Positions 30,661 to 39,627 are shown, numbered from the stretch's first letter. The stretch: DNA of 64,000 bases from Candidatus Colicola equi (GCA_018066175.1 JAGHRV010000053.1:5592-69591); one strand, 5' to 3'. A program made the numbers and translations. The notes: generated from the letters alone by a model not told the origin.

Positions 30661-30800
30661 TTTGGGGTAGGTAGGGCAAGTAGGGCAGGTATTTTCCATA
30701 AAGTATATATATTTATACACCCCTCACGCGTGAGCAGGCAGTATATATTTATAAAGGTTTACCAATTTTACCTGCCCTACTTACCCTACCTGCCCCAAAA
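30661..30800. repeat. 140-bp imperfect palindrome (30-nt arms, 28/30 complementary, nested 12-bp perfect palindrome ctcacgcgtgag at 30723-30734)
   Basis: Left arm ttggggtaggtagggcaagtagggcaggta; the right arm tacctgccctacttaccctacctgccccaa has the reverse complement ttggggcaggtagggtaagtagggcaggta. Confidence 0.9.
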
Positions 30801-30863
30801 AGCACCTAACGTTTAGTGTGTAACGTTTAGCGAGAATTAAATGCAAATAAAAGTGAGATTTAA

Positions 30864-30896
30864 ATAAAAATCTCCTATCTATTTTGATGTAGATAG
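30864..30896 (-). terminator. possible terminator of the membrane-protein gene (minus strand)
   Basis: 7-bp stem ctatcta/tagatag with an 8-nt loop; on the minus strand it is followed by gaga then ttttt. Confidence 0.4.
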
Positions 30897-30966
30897 ACGA
30901 TATATCATGGTTTATATATCCTGCGGTAATTAAGAAATCCTTGACAACCACATAACGTAGGAATTA

Positions 30967-31575
30967 TCAATTTTCTAATTGGCGGGGAGCGTTGCTCAGT
31001 GACCAATAGAGTCCCACTAAGGCGATGTCCATGCTAAGGTCCTTAAAGAGCATAAAGCCAAAAGACTGCTGCAAGAAAGGTACCAGAGGAAGCAGGAAAA
31101 TCAAGAACAGAATAAAGGGGAAGCCTAAGATGGCATTGGTTAATGCCCACCACCGAGCATGAACAGCGGCAGGAATATGTATGAACATCATGATGAACAT
31201 GCAACTTAATTGGAAATAAGACCCCAAATAAATCAGTTTGAACCACCATGAACTGCCTACCCAATGCACATCGGGATCGCAGCCGGCATAACGCCAGCAG
31301 AAAAGATGCAAGAGAATCAATATCACGGAAGTAGCAATCACTATCCATAAAGTTTCCTTGATAACTCGCGCCTTCTCCTGCCAATTAACTAACAAATACG
31401 TGGAGTAAATCAATAATAAGGCATATAGGAAAATATCCATTGCGGACGATAATAACGCTAAACTATTAACCGGCAACATCCCCTCTGCATCGGGAATATG
31501 CAACAGAACACGGAATAAGACAACAATGCTCATCCAAAAAGCAAACTGACGAGACTGATATAAAAGGTTGTTCAT
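30967..31575 (-). CDS. hypothetical polytopic membrane protein (202 aa)
   Basis: The translation has about 6 hydrophobic segments. It is divergent from the TetR gene. No family recognised. Confidence 0.65.
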   Translation of the reverse strand: MNNLLYQSRQFAFWMSIVVLFRVLLHIPDAEGMLPVNSLALLSSAMDIFLYALLLIYSTYLLVNWQEKARVIKETLWIVIATSVILILLHLFCWRYAGCDPDVHWVGSSWWFKLIYLGSYFQLSCMFIMMFIHIPAAVHARWWALTNAILGFPFILFLIFLLPLVPFLQQSFGFMLFKDLSMDIALVGLYWSLSNAPRQLEN

Positions 31576-31612
31576 GTGGTATGAATTTTATTCAATATTT
31601 GAAATCAGGGTG

Positions 31613-31620
31613 CAAAGATA
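31613..31620 (-). promoter_or_regulatory. -7 box TATCTTTG (minus strand) of the membrane-protein gene
   Basis: Plus-strand caaagata, 38 nt upstream of the ATG at 31575. Confidence 0.55.
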
Positions 31621-31724
31621 CTGAATTTTTATGAATTACACAAATAAAAACACCTTAAAAATGATTAAATATTCATTAAAAACGTCACGTGGAAACTGAA
31701 AGAGTGAAAAAAGTTTCCAAAAAA

Positions 31725-31756
31725 TTTGTTTATATGAAAAAAAAGTTGTAATTTTG
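31725..31756 (+). promoter_or_regulatory. promoter of the TetR/efflux operon (-33 TTTG 31725-31728, -7 TAATTTTG 31749-31756)
   Basis: TTTG-N20-TAATTTTG. The 30-nt core 31737-31766 is identical to the rpsL promoter core at 3527-3556. Confidence 0.7.
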
Positions 31757-31784
31757 CACGCTTTTTTGCGAGAAAGGGTATTAT

Positions 31785-32420
31785 ATGTCGGAAAATCAGA
31801 AGGAAAATATCATTCGTGTAGCCAGAGAAAAGATTGGTGTAGCGGGACTTAGATCGGTCTCGATAGATGATATATGCCGTGAGTTAGGCATGTCGAAAAA
31901 GACTTTCTATGTATATTTCAAGACCAAGGATGAGTTGTTAGATGCTTTGTTGCGTCTGCATGAAGCGTCGATTCAAGAGAGTATAGCCGCCAAGACCAAA
32001 GGCAAGTCGTTGCTGACGATAGTGACCAATTATCAGTCGTTGCTGCGCAATATAAATGATGTGCGCCAAGTTCCGGTTGTGCTGTATGACCTGAAGAAAT
32101 ACTATCCGCAGCAATTGACTGCTCACTTGCAGCGATTGAGACTGATTAACCAAGAGATTACGGCACGATTTTTGCACCAAGGCGTAGAGGAGGGGCTTAT
32201 TCGTGAGCACTTAGATGTGGATGCCACTGCTCGTGTGTTGGCATCAATGCACCAAATTATGATAGATAAACTATCCGAGGCACAGAATCATCCTACTATT
32301 TTATCGGACACTAAGTTGGCAATGGATATCTTCTTCCGCGGATTATTGAGCGATGCCGGATTGGAACAGATAAAGAACTTAATAAACAAGAACGGTAAAA
32401 CAGATACAAGAATTAAATAA
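31785..32420 (+). CDS. TetR/AcrR-family transcriptional regulator
   Basis: N-terminal HTH: IIRVAREKIGVAGLRSVSIDDICRELGMSKKTFYVYFKTKDELL. Confidence 0.88.
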   Translation: MSENQKENIIRVAREKIGVAGLRSVSIDDICRELGMSKKTFYVYFKTKDELLDALLRLHEASIQESIAAKTKGKSLLTIVTNYQSLLRNINDVRQVPVVLYDLKKYYPQQLTAHLQRLRLINQEITARFLHQGVEEGLIREHLDVDATARVLASMHQIMIDKLSEAQNHPTILSDTKLAMDIFFRGLLSDAGLEQIKNLINKNGKTDTRIK

Positions 32421-32423
32421 GAT

Positions 32424-33782
32424 ATGAAAAAGATTGTTTTGATGATGGTAGTGGGTTTATCCCTACCACTTATGTCGCAGCAGCCGTTGATGACGGACTC
32501 GTTGCGAATGATGTTGGATGCTGTATCGGAGCAGCAGTACACATCTCAATTATCCCTCTCTTTACAGGAGGCTCAGGAGTATGCGGTGCAACAGAACCGC
32601 ACCTTACAGAATGCTTCTATTGATGCCAAGCGTGCGCATGCTCAACGCTGGCAGACGATTGCTGCTATGTTGCCCCAGTTGGATGGTAGTATAGGTAAGA
32701 CGGTGATGTATGATGATGAGTTTAACGAGAAGAAAATCTCGTTGGATCCCTCTCAGCCCCCTATGTCGATGTCGCCTTGGACGTATGGTTTGACGGCATC
32801 TATCGGACTGAATGGTCAGGCCATAGTAGGTGCGCTGCTCAATAATCTGGCGATTAAGATGCAGGATATCACGTATCAGCAGTCGGAGTCCGACTTGCGT
32901 GCTAATGTGGTGGAGAGCTACGTGGCTGTGCTAGTGATGGAAGATGTCGTGGCATTGATGGACAGCAGTTTGGCTAATATGGAGAAATTAGCGGAGCAGA
33001 CCGACCGCATGGCTGCCGTAGGTGCTATTGAGTCCACGCAGGCCGACCAGTTACGCGTGCGCGTTAATCAATTAAGGAATACCGCCATGCAGAATAAACG
33101 CAGTACGGTATTGGCCTATAATGCCCTGCGTGTGCTGCTGAATGTAGATGCACAAACGGAATTGGTGCTGACCAATCAGTTGCATGATGTCATCTCGCCG
33201 GAGAGTGCATTAAGCGTGCTATTTGAAGGATTCGATATACATAATAATTTCAATTATCAGTTATTAGAGAAGAATGTAGATTTGGCTAAACTTAATCTGC
33301 ACATGGCGGGTTGGGCTTACGGACCAACAGTGTCTGCCTACTACCAATATAGTTATCGCGACTATGGTAAGGATGGCGGTTTCACGATGATGAACTCGCC
33401 TCATACCGTGGGCTTTACGTTAACGATGCCGTTATGGTCCAGTGGCGTTCGCGCAGCCGGAGTGCATGATAAACGATTGGCACTTCAACAGGCTAAGAAC
33501 ACCTTCTCGGAGATGTCAGAGAACTTAAATATCCAGTATCAACAACTGCGTTATAACCTGACGAATGCTTACGAGACGTATGCCACCGAGAATGAGAATA
33601 TCAGCGTGGCTAAACGTGTGTTCCAGAACGTGAGCAATAAGTATAACTGGGGTGCAGCCTCGGCCATTGAGTTGACCAATGCATCCAATGATTTGATTAC
33701 GGCTCAGTCCTCTTACGTGCAGGCTGTGCTGGAATTGGTGAATGCAGAAGTAGAGTTGAATAAATTTTTAAACAATAAATAA
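32424..33782 (+). CDS. TolC-family outer-membrane efflux protein
   Basis: 452 aa with a signal peptide and two-repeat OEP-like sequence; first gene of the efflux operon, as is usual in Bacteroidetes. Confidence 0.85.
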   Translation: MKKIVLMMVVGLSLPLMSQQPLMTDSLRMMLDAVSEQQYTSQLSLSLQEAQEYAVQQNRTLQNASIDAKRAHAQRWQTIAAMLPQLDGSIGKTVMYDDEFNEKKISLDPSQPPMSMSPWTYGLTASIGLNGQAIVGALLNNLAIKMQDITYQQSESDLRANVVESYVAVLVMEDVVALMDSSLANMEKLAEQTDRMAAVGAIESTQADQLRVRVNQLRNTAMQNKRSTVLAYNALRVLLNVDAQTELVLTNQLHDVISPESALSVLFEGFDIHNNFNYQLLEKNVDLAKLNLHMAGWAYGPTVSAYYQYSYRDYGKDGGFTMMNSPHTVGFTLTMPLWSSGVRAAGVHDKRLALQQAKNTFSEMSENLNIQYQQLRYNLTNAYETYATENENISVAKRVFQNVSNKYNWGAASAIELTNASNDLITAQSSYVQAVLELVNAEVELNKFLNNK

Positions 33783-33783
33783 T

Positions 33784-34809
33784 ATGACAAACAAAACTTT
33801 TTATTTGGTAGCCGCAACCATGGTATTAGTCGCATGCGGCAAAGAAGCTACCGTTCAGGAGCAGGAAAAAGTAGAGATTGTGAAGACGATGACCTTGCAA
33901 CCTCGCCGTGTACAACGTCAATTGTCTATTTCGACCAATCTGCAGGGATATGAGACGGTGCAAGTTGCTCCGAGTGTACAAGGCCGAATTGAACATATCT
34001 ACGTAGAGGTAGGTGACGAAATCAACCGCGGTGATTCGTTGGTTAGAATGGATCAGACCCAATACCGTACTGCTCAGTTGACGATGGCTAACTTAGAGAC
34101 CGAGATGACCCGCATGAATGCTTTGATTGAAACAGGTTCGGTTAGTCAACAGGCCTACGACCAGGCTAAGTTAGGTTATGATCAAACCAAGGAGAACTTG
34201 GCCTTCCTCAAGAAGAACACCTACTATCGCGCTCCGTTCAAGGGTGTGGTAGCTGCCAAGAACAACGAGGATGGTGAGTTATACGGCGGTGCTCCTATCC
34301 TGTCTATCACGCAGGTGGATCGTCTCAAGGCTTTGATTGCTATTCCTGAGAGTTATATCCCATTGATTAAGGAAGGTAAGAAACTGACGTTGGAAAGTGC
34401 TATCTATCCCAATGAGGTCTTCCCGGCTTTCATTGAGATTGTTTATCCGACGGTAGATGCTGCTACGCATACTTTCCAATGCAAGGTGCAAATCCCCAAT
34501 GGCAAGCGTCTATTGCGTCCGGGTATGTACGTAACGACTACCGTGCCACTGAATGAAGAAGATGTGATATGTGTTCCTTATCAATCCGTCGAGAAACTGG
34601 TGGGAGCAAATGACCGCTATGTGTTCCTCAATAATAACGGCGTAGCACAGCGTGTGGCTGTTGAATTAGGACAGCGCATAGGCGAGGATGTAGAGATTAT
34701 TGCACCGGAGATTGTGCCTGGTGCAGAATATGTATATGTAGGACAACACCGTCTGGTAGATGGCGTTAAACTGCAAACAACCGATTCAATAAATGAAAAT
34801 GCTAACTAA
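33784..34809 (+). CDS. efflux RND periplasmic adaptor (membrane fusion protein), lipoprotein
   Basis: Lipobox ...MVLVACGKE; HlyD/AcrA-like blocks (GRIEHIYVEVGDEINRGDSLVRMD...); 1-nt spacing to neighbours. Confidence 0.88.
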   Translation: MTNKTFYLVAATMVLVACGKEATVQEQEKVEIVKTMTLQPRRVQRQLSISTNLQGYETVQVAPSVQGRIEHIYVEVGDEINRGDSLVRMDQTQYRTAQLTMANLETEMTRMNALIETGSVSQQAYDQAKLGYDQTKENLAFLKKNTYYRAPFKGVVAAKNNEDGELYGGAPILSITQVDRLKALIAIPESYIPLIKEGKKLTLESAIYPNEVFPAFIEIVYPTVDAATHTFQCKVQIPNGKRLLRPGMYVTTTVPLNEEDVICVPYQSVEKLVGANDRYVFLNNNGVAQRVAVELGQRIGEDVEIIAPEIVPGAEYVYVGQHRLVDGVKLQTTDSINENAN

Positions 34810-34812
34810 ACT

Positions 34813-37800
34813 ATGAGTATTTACAGAACTTCAATACAAAACCCGGTAACTACTGCCCTTATCTTTGTGGCAGTTATTATCATTGGTTTATTCAGCTTTA
34901 CGCAGCTGCCTATTGACCAATTCCCGGAGATGGATCCTCCATATATCACGGTGATGACCACTTATCCGGGTGCTTCGGCCTCGGAAATGGAGACAAACGT
35001 GACCAAGGTGATGGAGAATGCTCTCAACTCCACGGACCATTTGAAACACTTGACCAGTAAGTCCAAGGATAATATCTCGATGGTGACTCTTGAGATGGAG
35101 TGGGGCAGTAATATGGATGAAATCACGAACGATGTGCGGTCGTATGTGGATATGGTGAAGGATAACCTGCCGGATAACTGCGGTACTCCGGTTATCTTCA
35201 AACTCTCTACATCGTCTATGCCTATCGCCATGTATGCCATTACGGCAGACGAGTCGTATGCCGGTTTGGATAAATTGCTCAACGATGAGATTGTTCCTCA
35301 GTTGAACCATATTGATGGTATTGGTAATATATCGTTATCCGGTTCGCCGGACCGCTATGTATATGTCAACCTGGACCAGCAGAAATTGGATGCATACGGA
35401 TTGACTTTGGAGCAGGTGGGTTCGGTGGTTTCGGCTAATAACCTCAACCTTTCTTCCGGTACCGTTAAGATGGTGAAGGAACAATACCAGATGCAGGTTC
35501 GTTCCGAGTATATTGAGTCCAGCGAGATAGAGAACCTGATGGTGACTATGTTACCTACCGGTCAGCAGGTCTTTGTGCGCGACATCGCCACCGTCAAGGA
35601 TACCATCAAGGACTTGTCCTTGGATGAAAAAGCCAACGGCCGTGAGGCCGTGCGTTTGGTGATTGCCAAACAAACCGGAGCTAATACCGTGGCCGTTTGT
35701 CAGGGTGTGAAGAAAGAGTTGGAACGCATTCAGAAACAGATTCCTTCGGATATCAAGATTGAGAAGATCTATGAATCCAGTGAGAATATCCAGAACTCCA
35801 TCAATTCCTTGGAAGAGTCGGTGCTCTATGCCTTGCTGTTCGTTGTATTAGTGGTGCTGTTCTTCTTAGGCAAATGGCGTGCGACCATCATTATTGGTAT
35901 CACTATTCCTATTGCTTTGATTACCGCTTTCGCGTACCTTAAATTAGTGGATTCATCCATCAATATCATTTCGCTTTGCTCACTTACGATTGCTATTGGT
36001 ATGGTAGTGGACGATGCGATTGTGGTATTGGAGAACATCACTAAGCACGTGGAACGCGGCGAACACCCTCGTGAGGCTTCTATTTATGCTACTAACGAGG
36101 TGTGGATTAGTGTTATTGCAACAACATTAGTGCTGGTCGTGGTATTCGTGCCGCTAACCATGGTAGGAGGTATGGCCGGTATTATGTTTCATGAATTAGG
36201 ATGGATTGTGACGATCGTATGTTGTACTTCTACATTAGTAGCCATTACGTTAACACCTATGTTGTGCTCCAAGATGCTTAAGCCACGTCGAGTGCATGTA
36301 GATGAGAACGGTGACCTGATTGATGACGATGCCAATGCCAATACGTGGTATGATCGTACGGTGGTTAAGTTCCTAGATAAAGTGGACGAGAAATATGCGC
36401 AGTCCTTGGGTTGGTGCCTTAAGCATAAGGTGGTTACCTTCACTGTTCTGTTCGCTTTCTTTGCTGTTTCGCTGCTGCCTATTATCACCGGTAAGGTGGG
36501 CTTTGACTTTATGCAGGAGCAGGATAACGGACGACTGAACGTAACGGTTAAGTTGCAGCGTGGTACACGTATTGAAGAGACGCTAAAGACGGCCGCTAAG
36601 TTGGAGGCTCGCTTCCGCGAATTAGTGCCGGAGATTGAGATGATCTCTACCTCTGCCGGTTCAAATGACGATGCATCTATTTCGGCGATGTTCTCTACCA
36701 CAGAGAATAACAAGATATCTATGACCGTTCGTACCAATAAGAAATGGGAGCGTGAGCGTTCTATCTTTGAGATTGCTGAGTTACTGCGTAAAGAGATGGC
36801 TACCTATCCTGAGATAACTGAGTACCAAGCAACGGCATCCAGTGGTATGGGTGGCGCTCAGTCCAACACAGTAGATGTAGAAATCTACGGTTATGACTTT
36901 GCAACCACGTCTCAGGTGGCAGAGAAAGTGCGTTATTTAGCTTCGCAACTGCCTGGCGCTCGTGACGTAACTATTTCCCGTGAAGATGACCGTCCTGAAA
37001 TTAAGATTACGGTGGATAAAGAGAAAGCCTCTCGCTTAGGTTTATCTTCTGCCACTATCTCTCAGTACCTGCGCTATCGTGTATATGGTATGCCTTGCGG
37101 CTACCTCAAGGAAGATGGTTCGGAGTACGATATCCTATGCCGACTTCAAGAGGAAGACCGCAACTCGATTGAGGATATTTTGGACCTGACGCTGCCAACG
37201 GCTACAGGCGGTCGTGTTAAACTGAGTGAAGTGGCTTCGATAGGTGAATATTGGGCTCCCCCTACGATTGAACGTAAAGCGCGTCAACGTATCGTTACTA
37301 TCAAGGTCTTCCCTTATAAGACCTCTCTGGGCGACTTGGCTAATATGATTGAGAAAGAAGTGATGTCGCAAATCGATTTGCCTACCGGATATAGTTACCG
37401 CCTTGCCGGTACGTTTGAAACCCAGGAAGAGACCTTTGGTAATATGGGTTTATTGGGCTTGCTGATTGTGATTCTGGTTTATATCGTGATGGCATCTCAG
37501 TTTGAGTCCTTCTCTAAACCGGGTATTATCATGTTCTCTATCCCATTTGCTATCTCCGGTGTGTTGATTGCGCTATGGTTAACAGGTCGCTCGCTGGATA
37601 TGATTGGTGCCTTGGGTCTGGTGCTGTTGGTAGGTATTGTGGTGAAGAACGGTATTGTGCTGGTGGACTATATCAACCTGATGCGTGAGCGTAAGATGCC
37701 ATTGGATGAGGCGATTATGGTTTCCGGCCGCAGTCGTATCCGTCCGGTCTTGATGACCGCCTTCACGACGGTCTTAGGTATGGTACCAATGGCAGTATCC

Positions 37801-37992
37801 AATGGTGAAGGTGCCGAGATGTGGCAACCGTTAGGTATCGTGGTAATCGGTGGTCTAACCGTTTCTACGTTCCTCACCCTGTATATTGTACCTATTCTCT
37901 ATGGTGCTATATCCAAAGAGGATGCGGACGAAAAACAACGCAAACTGCGTGAGAAATTTATCTTTATGGATATCAAGGTGAAGAAGAGTTGA
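34813..37992 (+). CDS. RND efflux transporter permease (AcrB/HAE1 family)
   Basis: 1059 aa, 12-TM architecture; blocks GMVVDDAIVVLENI and VGIVVKNGIVLVDY. Confidence 0.93.
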   Translation: MSIYRTSIQNPVTTALIFVAVIIIGLFSFTQLPIDQFPEMDPPYITVMTTYPGASASEMETNVTKVMENALNSTDHLKHLTSKSKDNISMVTLEMEWGSNMDEITNDVRSYVDMVKDNLPDNCGTPVIFKLSTSSMPIAMYAITADESYAGLDKLLNDEIVPQLNHIDGIGNISLSGSPDRYVYVNLDQQKLDAYGLTLEQVGSVVSANNLNLSSGTVKMVKEQYQMQVRSEYIESSEIENLMVTMLPTGQQVFVRDIATVKDTIKDLSLDEKANGREAVRLVIAKQTGANTVAVCQGVKKELERIQKQIPSDIKIEKIYESSENIQNSINSLEESVLYALLFVVLVVLFFLGKWRATIIIGITIPIALITAFAYLKLVDSSINIISLCSLTIAIGMVVDDAIVVLENITKHVERGEHPREASIYATNEVWISVIATTLVLVVVFVPLTMVGGMAGIMFHELGWIVTIVCCTSTLVAITLTPMLCSKMLKPRRVHVDENGDLIDDDANANTWYDRTVVKFLDKVDEKYAQSLGWCLKHKVVTFTVLFAFFAVSLLPIITGKVGFDFMQEQDNGRLNVTVKLQRGTRIEETLKTAAKLEARFRELVPEIEMISTSAGSNDDASISAMFSTTENNKISMTVRTNKKWERERSIFEIAELLRKEMATYPEITEYQATASSGMGGAQSNTVDVEIYGYDFATTSQVAEKVRYLASQLPGARDVTISREDDRPEIKITVDKEKASRLGLSSATISQYLRYRVYGMPCGYLKEDGSEYDILCRLQEEDRNSIEDILDLTLPTATGGRVKLSEVASIGEYWAPPTIERKARQRIVTIKVFPYKTSLGDLANMIEKEVMSQIDLPTGYSYRLAGTFETQEETFGNMGLLGLLIVILVYIVMASQFESFSKPGIIMFSIPFAISGVLIALWLTGRSLDMIGALGLVLLVGIVVKNGIVLVDYINLMRERKMPLDEAIMVSGRSRIRPVLMTAFTTVLGMVPMAVSNGEGAEMWQPLGIVVIGGLTVSTFLTLYIVPILYGAISKEDADEKQRKLREKFIFMDIKVKKS

Positions 37993-38030
37993 GCGTTGAG
38001 CGTTTAGAGTATAGAGATTAGAGTTTAGAG
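37989..38030 (+). repeat. six tandem heptamers (ttgagcg ttgagcg tttagag tatagag attagag tttagag) spanning the RND stop codon to the next start
   Basis: Read directly; the 7-nt period puts TAG/TGA in all three frames. Confidence 0.85.
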
Positions 38031-38032
38031 TT

Positions 38033-38326
38033 ATGAAAAGTGTAATGATTGTTTTCAACCAAGCTAATACGGAGCGGGTTGAGTATATGTTAGATATATT
38101 AGGTATTCGTGGTTGGACTTTCTTTGAGCATGTCCAAGGTCAAGGAACGAATACCGGTGAACCTCGTCGTGGCACGCATGCCTGGCCCGAGATGAACTCG
38201 GCTGTTATTACCGTTGTGGAGGATGCTAAGGTGCCTGAACTGCTGGAATCGGTGCAAAAACTGGATGCCCGCAATCCGGTAGTGGGTGTTAAGGCCTTTA
38301 CGTGGAATATAGAACAAATGGTATAG
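38033..38326 (+). CDS. small P-II-like, transporter-associated protein (97 aa)
   Basis: MKSVMIVFNQANTERVEYMLDILGIRGWTFFEHVQGQG... It resembles the small P-II-fold proteins found after RND pumps in Bacteroidetes (I recall the family name PG0541-type; unverified). Confidence 0.6.
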   Translation: MKSVMIVFNQANTERVEYMLDILGIRGWTFFEHVQGQGTNTGEPRRGTHAWPEMNSAVITVVEDAKVPELLESVQKLDARNPVVGVKAFTWNIEQMV

Positions 38327-38337
38327 AAGGAGGTTCT

Positions 38338-39627
38338 GTGTTTTTTGATGAATTAGCTCTTTCTGACGGAGTGCTGGATGCCCTGTGGGACATGCACTTT
38401 GATGTTTGCACGCCGGTGCAGGAACAAACTATACCGGTTATTTTGGACGGACGAGATGTGATCTCGTGCGCCCAAACCGGTACCGGCAAGACGGCTGCAT
38501 ATATCCTGCCGTTACTCACTAACCTGGAGTACGATAATCATGATGTGGATAAGATGAATGCCATCATCATGGCTCCTACGCGTGAGTTAGCCCAGCAGAT
38601 AGACCAACAGATGCAGGGGTTCGGCTTTTATGTGCCATTCTCGTCCGTGGCGGTGTATGGCGGAAAGGATAATGATGCGTGGGGTAATCAAACATCAGGA
38701 CTGCAAAAAGGAGCAGACGTAGTGATTGCTACGCCGGGACGACTGCTGTCGCTCATCAATATCTATAATGTAGATTTTTCAGGAGTTAAGTACTTCATCT
38801 TAGACGAAGCGGACAGGATGTTAGATATGGGCTTTTATGACGATATCATGTCTATTTATCGTCGTATTCCTTCGTCTTGCCAGAAAATCATGTTCTCGGC
38901 CACTATGCCTCCGGATATTCGCAAGATGGCAAAGGCTATCATGCATAATCCTGTTGAGGTGCAGATAGCTGTGGCACGCCCGCCGGAAACGATTCATCAG
39001 ATGGCGGTGGATGTATATGAACCGCAGAAAGTACCATTCGTCCAGCAACTATTATCCAATCAGGTGGAAGGCTTTAAGGCTACTTCGGGCTGGAAAAAAG
39101 TCATTCTTTTTGTAGGCAAGAAGCAGCGCGTTAAGGACCTGACTATAGCCTTGCGCCGCATGGGATTGGATGCACGGGCGATGCATTCGGACTTAGAGCA
39201 GAAAGAGCGAGACGAAGTAATGCTGGACTTCCGCAATGGCAAGGTAGATGTGCTGGTGGCAACCGATATCATTGCACGAGGCATAGATGTAGATGATATA
39301 CCGTTGGTCATTAATTACGATGTACCTCGTGATGTGGAGGACTACGTGCATCGTATTGGACGCACGGCACGTGCCGAGAACTTAGGTGCAGCAATAACGC
39401 TGATCTCTAAGGAGGATCAACGGTTCTTCTATAAGATTGAGAAGTTCTTGAAAAAAGACATTGAACGTATGGCTGTGCCCGCTGCTTTAGGTGAGACTCC
39501 TACAGCTTACGTATGCGCCACTCGTTCGGGTAAAGGTTATTCAAACGGTTCCCGACGTTCTTCGCGAAACCGATGGGCACGTCCTGGTAAGTCAAGAGCA
39601 AAGTTCCAAAAGGCCAATCGTGGTTAG
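38338..39627 (+). CDS. DEAD-box ATP-dependent RNA helicase
   Basis: Q-motif region FFDELALSDGVLDAL...TPVQEQ, AQTGTGKT, DEAD (ILDEADRM), SAT, HRIGRTARA. The start is set at the in-frame GTG at 38338; the ORF-track alternative GTG at 38302 would overlap the previous gene by 25 nt. Confidence 0.88.
   Translation: MFFDELALSDGVLDALWDMHFDVCTPVQEQTIPVILDGRDVISCAQTGTGKTAAYILPLLTNLEYDNHDVDKMNAIIMAPTRELAQQIDQQMQGFGFYVPFSSVAVYGGKDNDAWGNQTSGLQKGADVVIATPGRLLSLINIYNVDFSGVKYFILDEADRMLDMGFYDDIMSIYRRIPSSCQKIMFSATMPPDIRKMAKAIMHNPVEVQIAVARPPETIHQMAVDVYEPQKVPFVQQLLSNQVEGFKATSGWKKVILFVGKKQRVKDLTIALRRMGLDARAMHSDLEQKERDEVMLDFRNGKVDVLVATDIIARGIDVDDIPLVINYDVPRDVEDYVHRIGRTARAENLGAAITLISKEDQRFFYKIEKFLKKDIERMAVPAALGETPTAYVCATRSGKGYSNGSRRSSRNRWARPGKSRAKFQKANRG

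Noticed and set aside
31043-31384. 113-aa ORF in an alternative frame inside the membrane-protein gene
   Set aside because: It is fully nested in the 202-aa ORF, which has coherent transmembrane segments and a promoter; the nested ORF has neither.
38302-38337. GTG at 38302 as the DEAD-box helicase start (ORF-track start)
   Set aside because: It would overlap the preceding gene by 25 nt and add 12 non-conserved-looking residues. The GTG at 38338 gives the usual F-x-(D/E)-L Q-motif-proximal N-terminus. This remains uncertain without homolog alignment.
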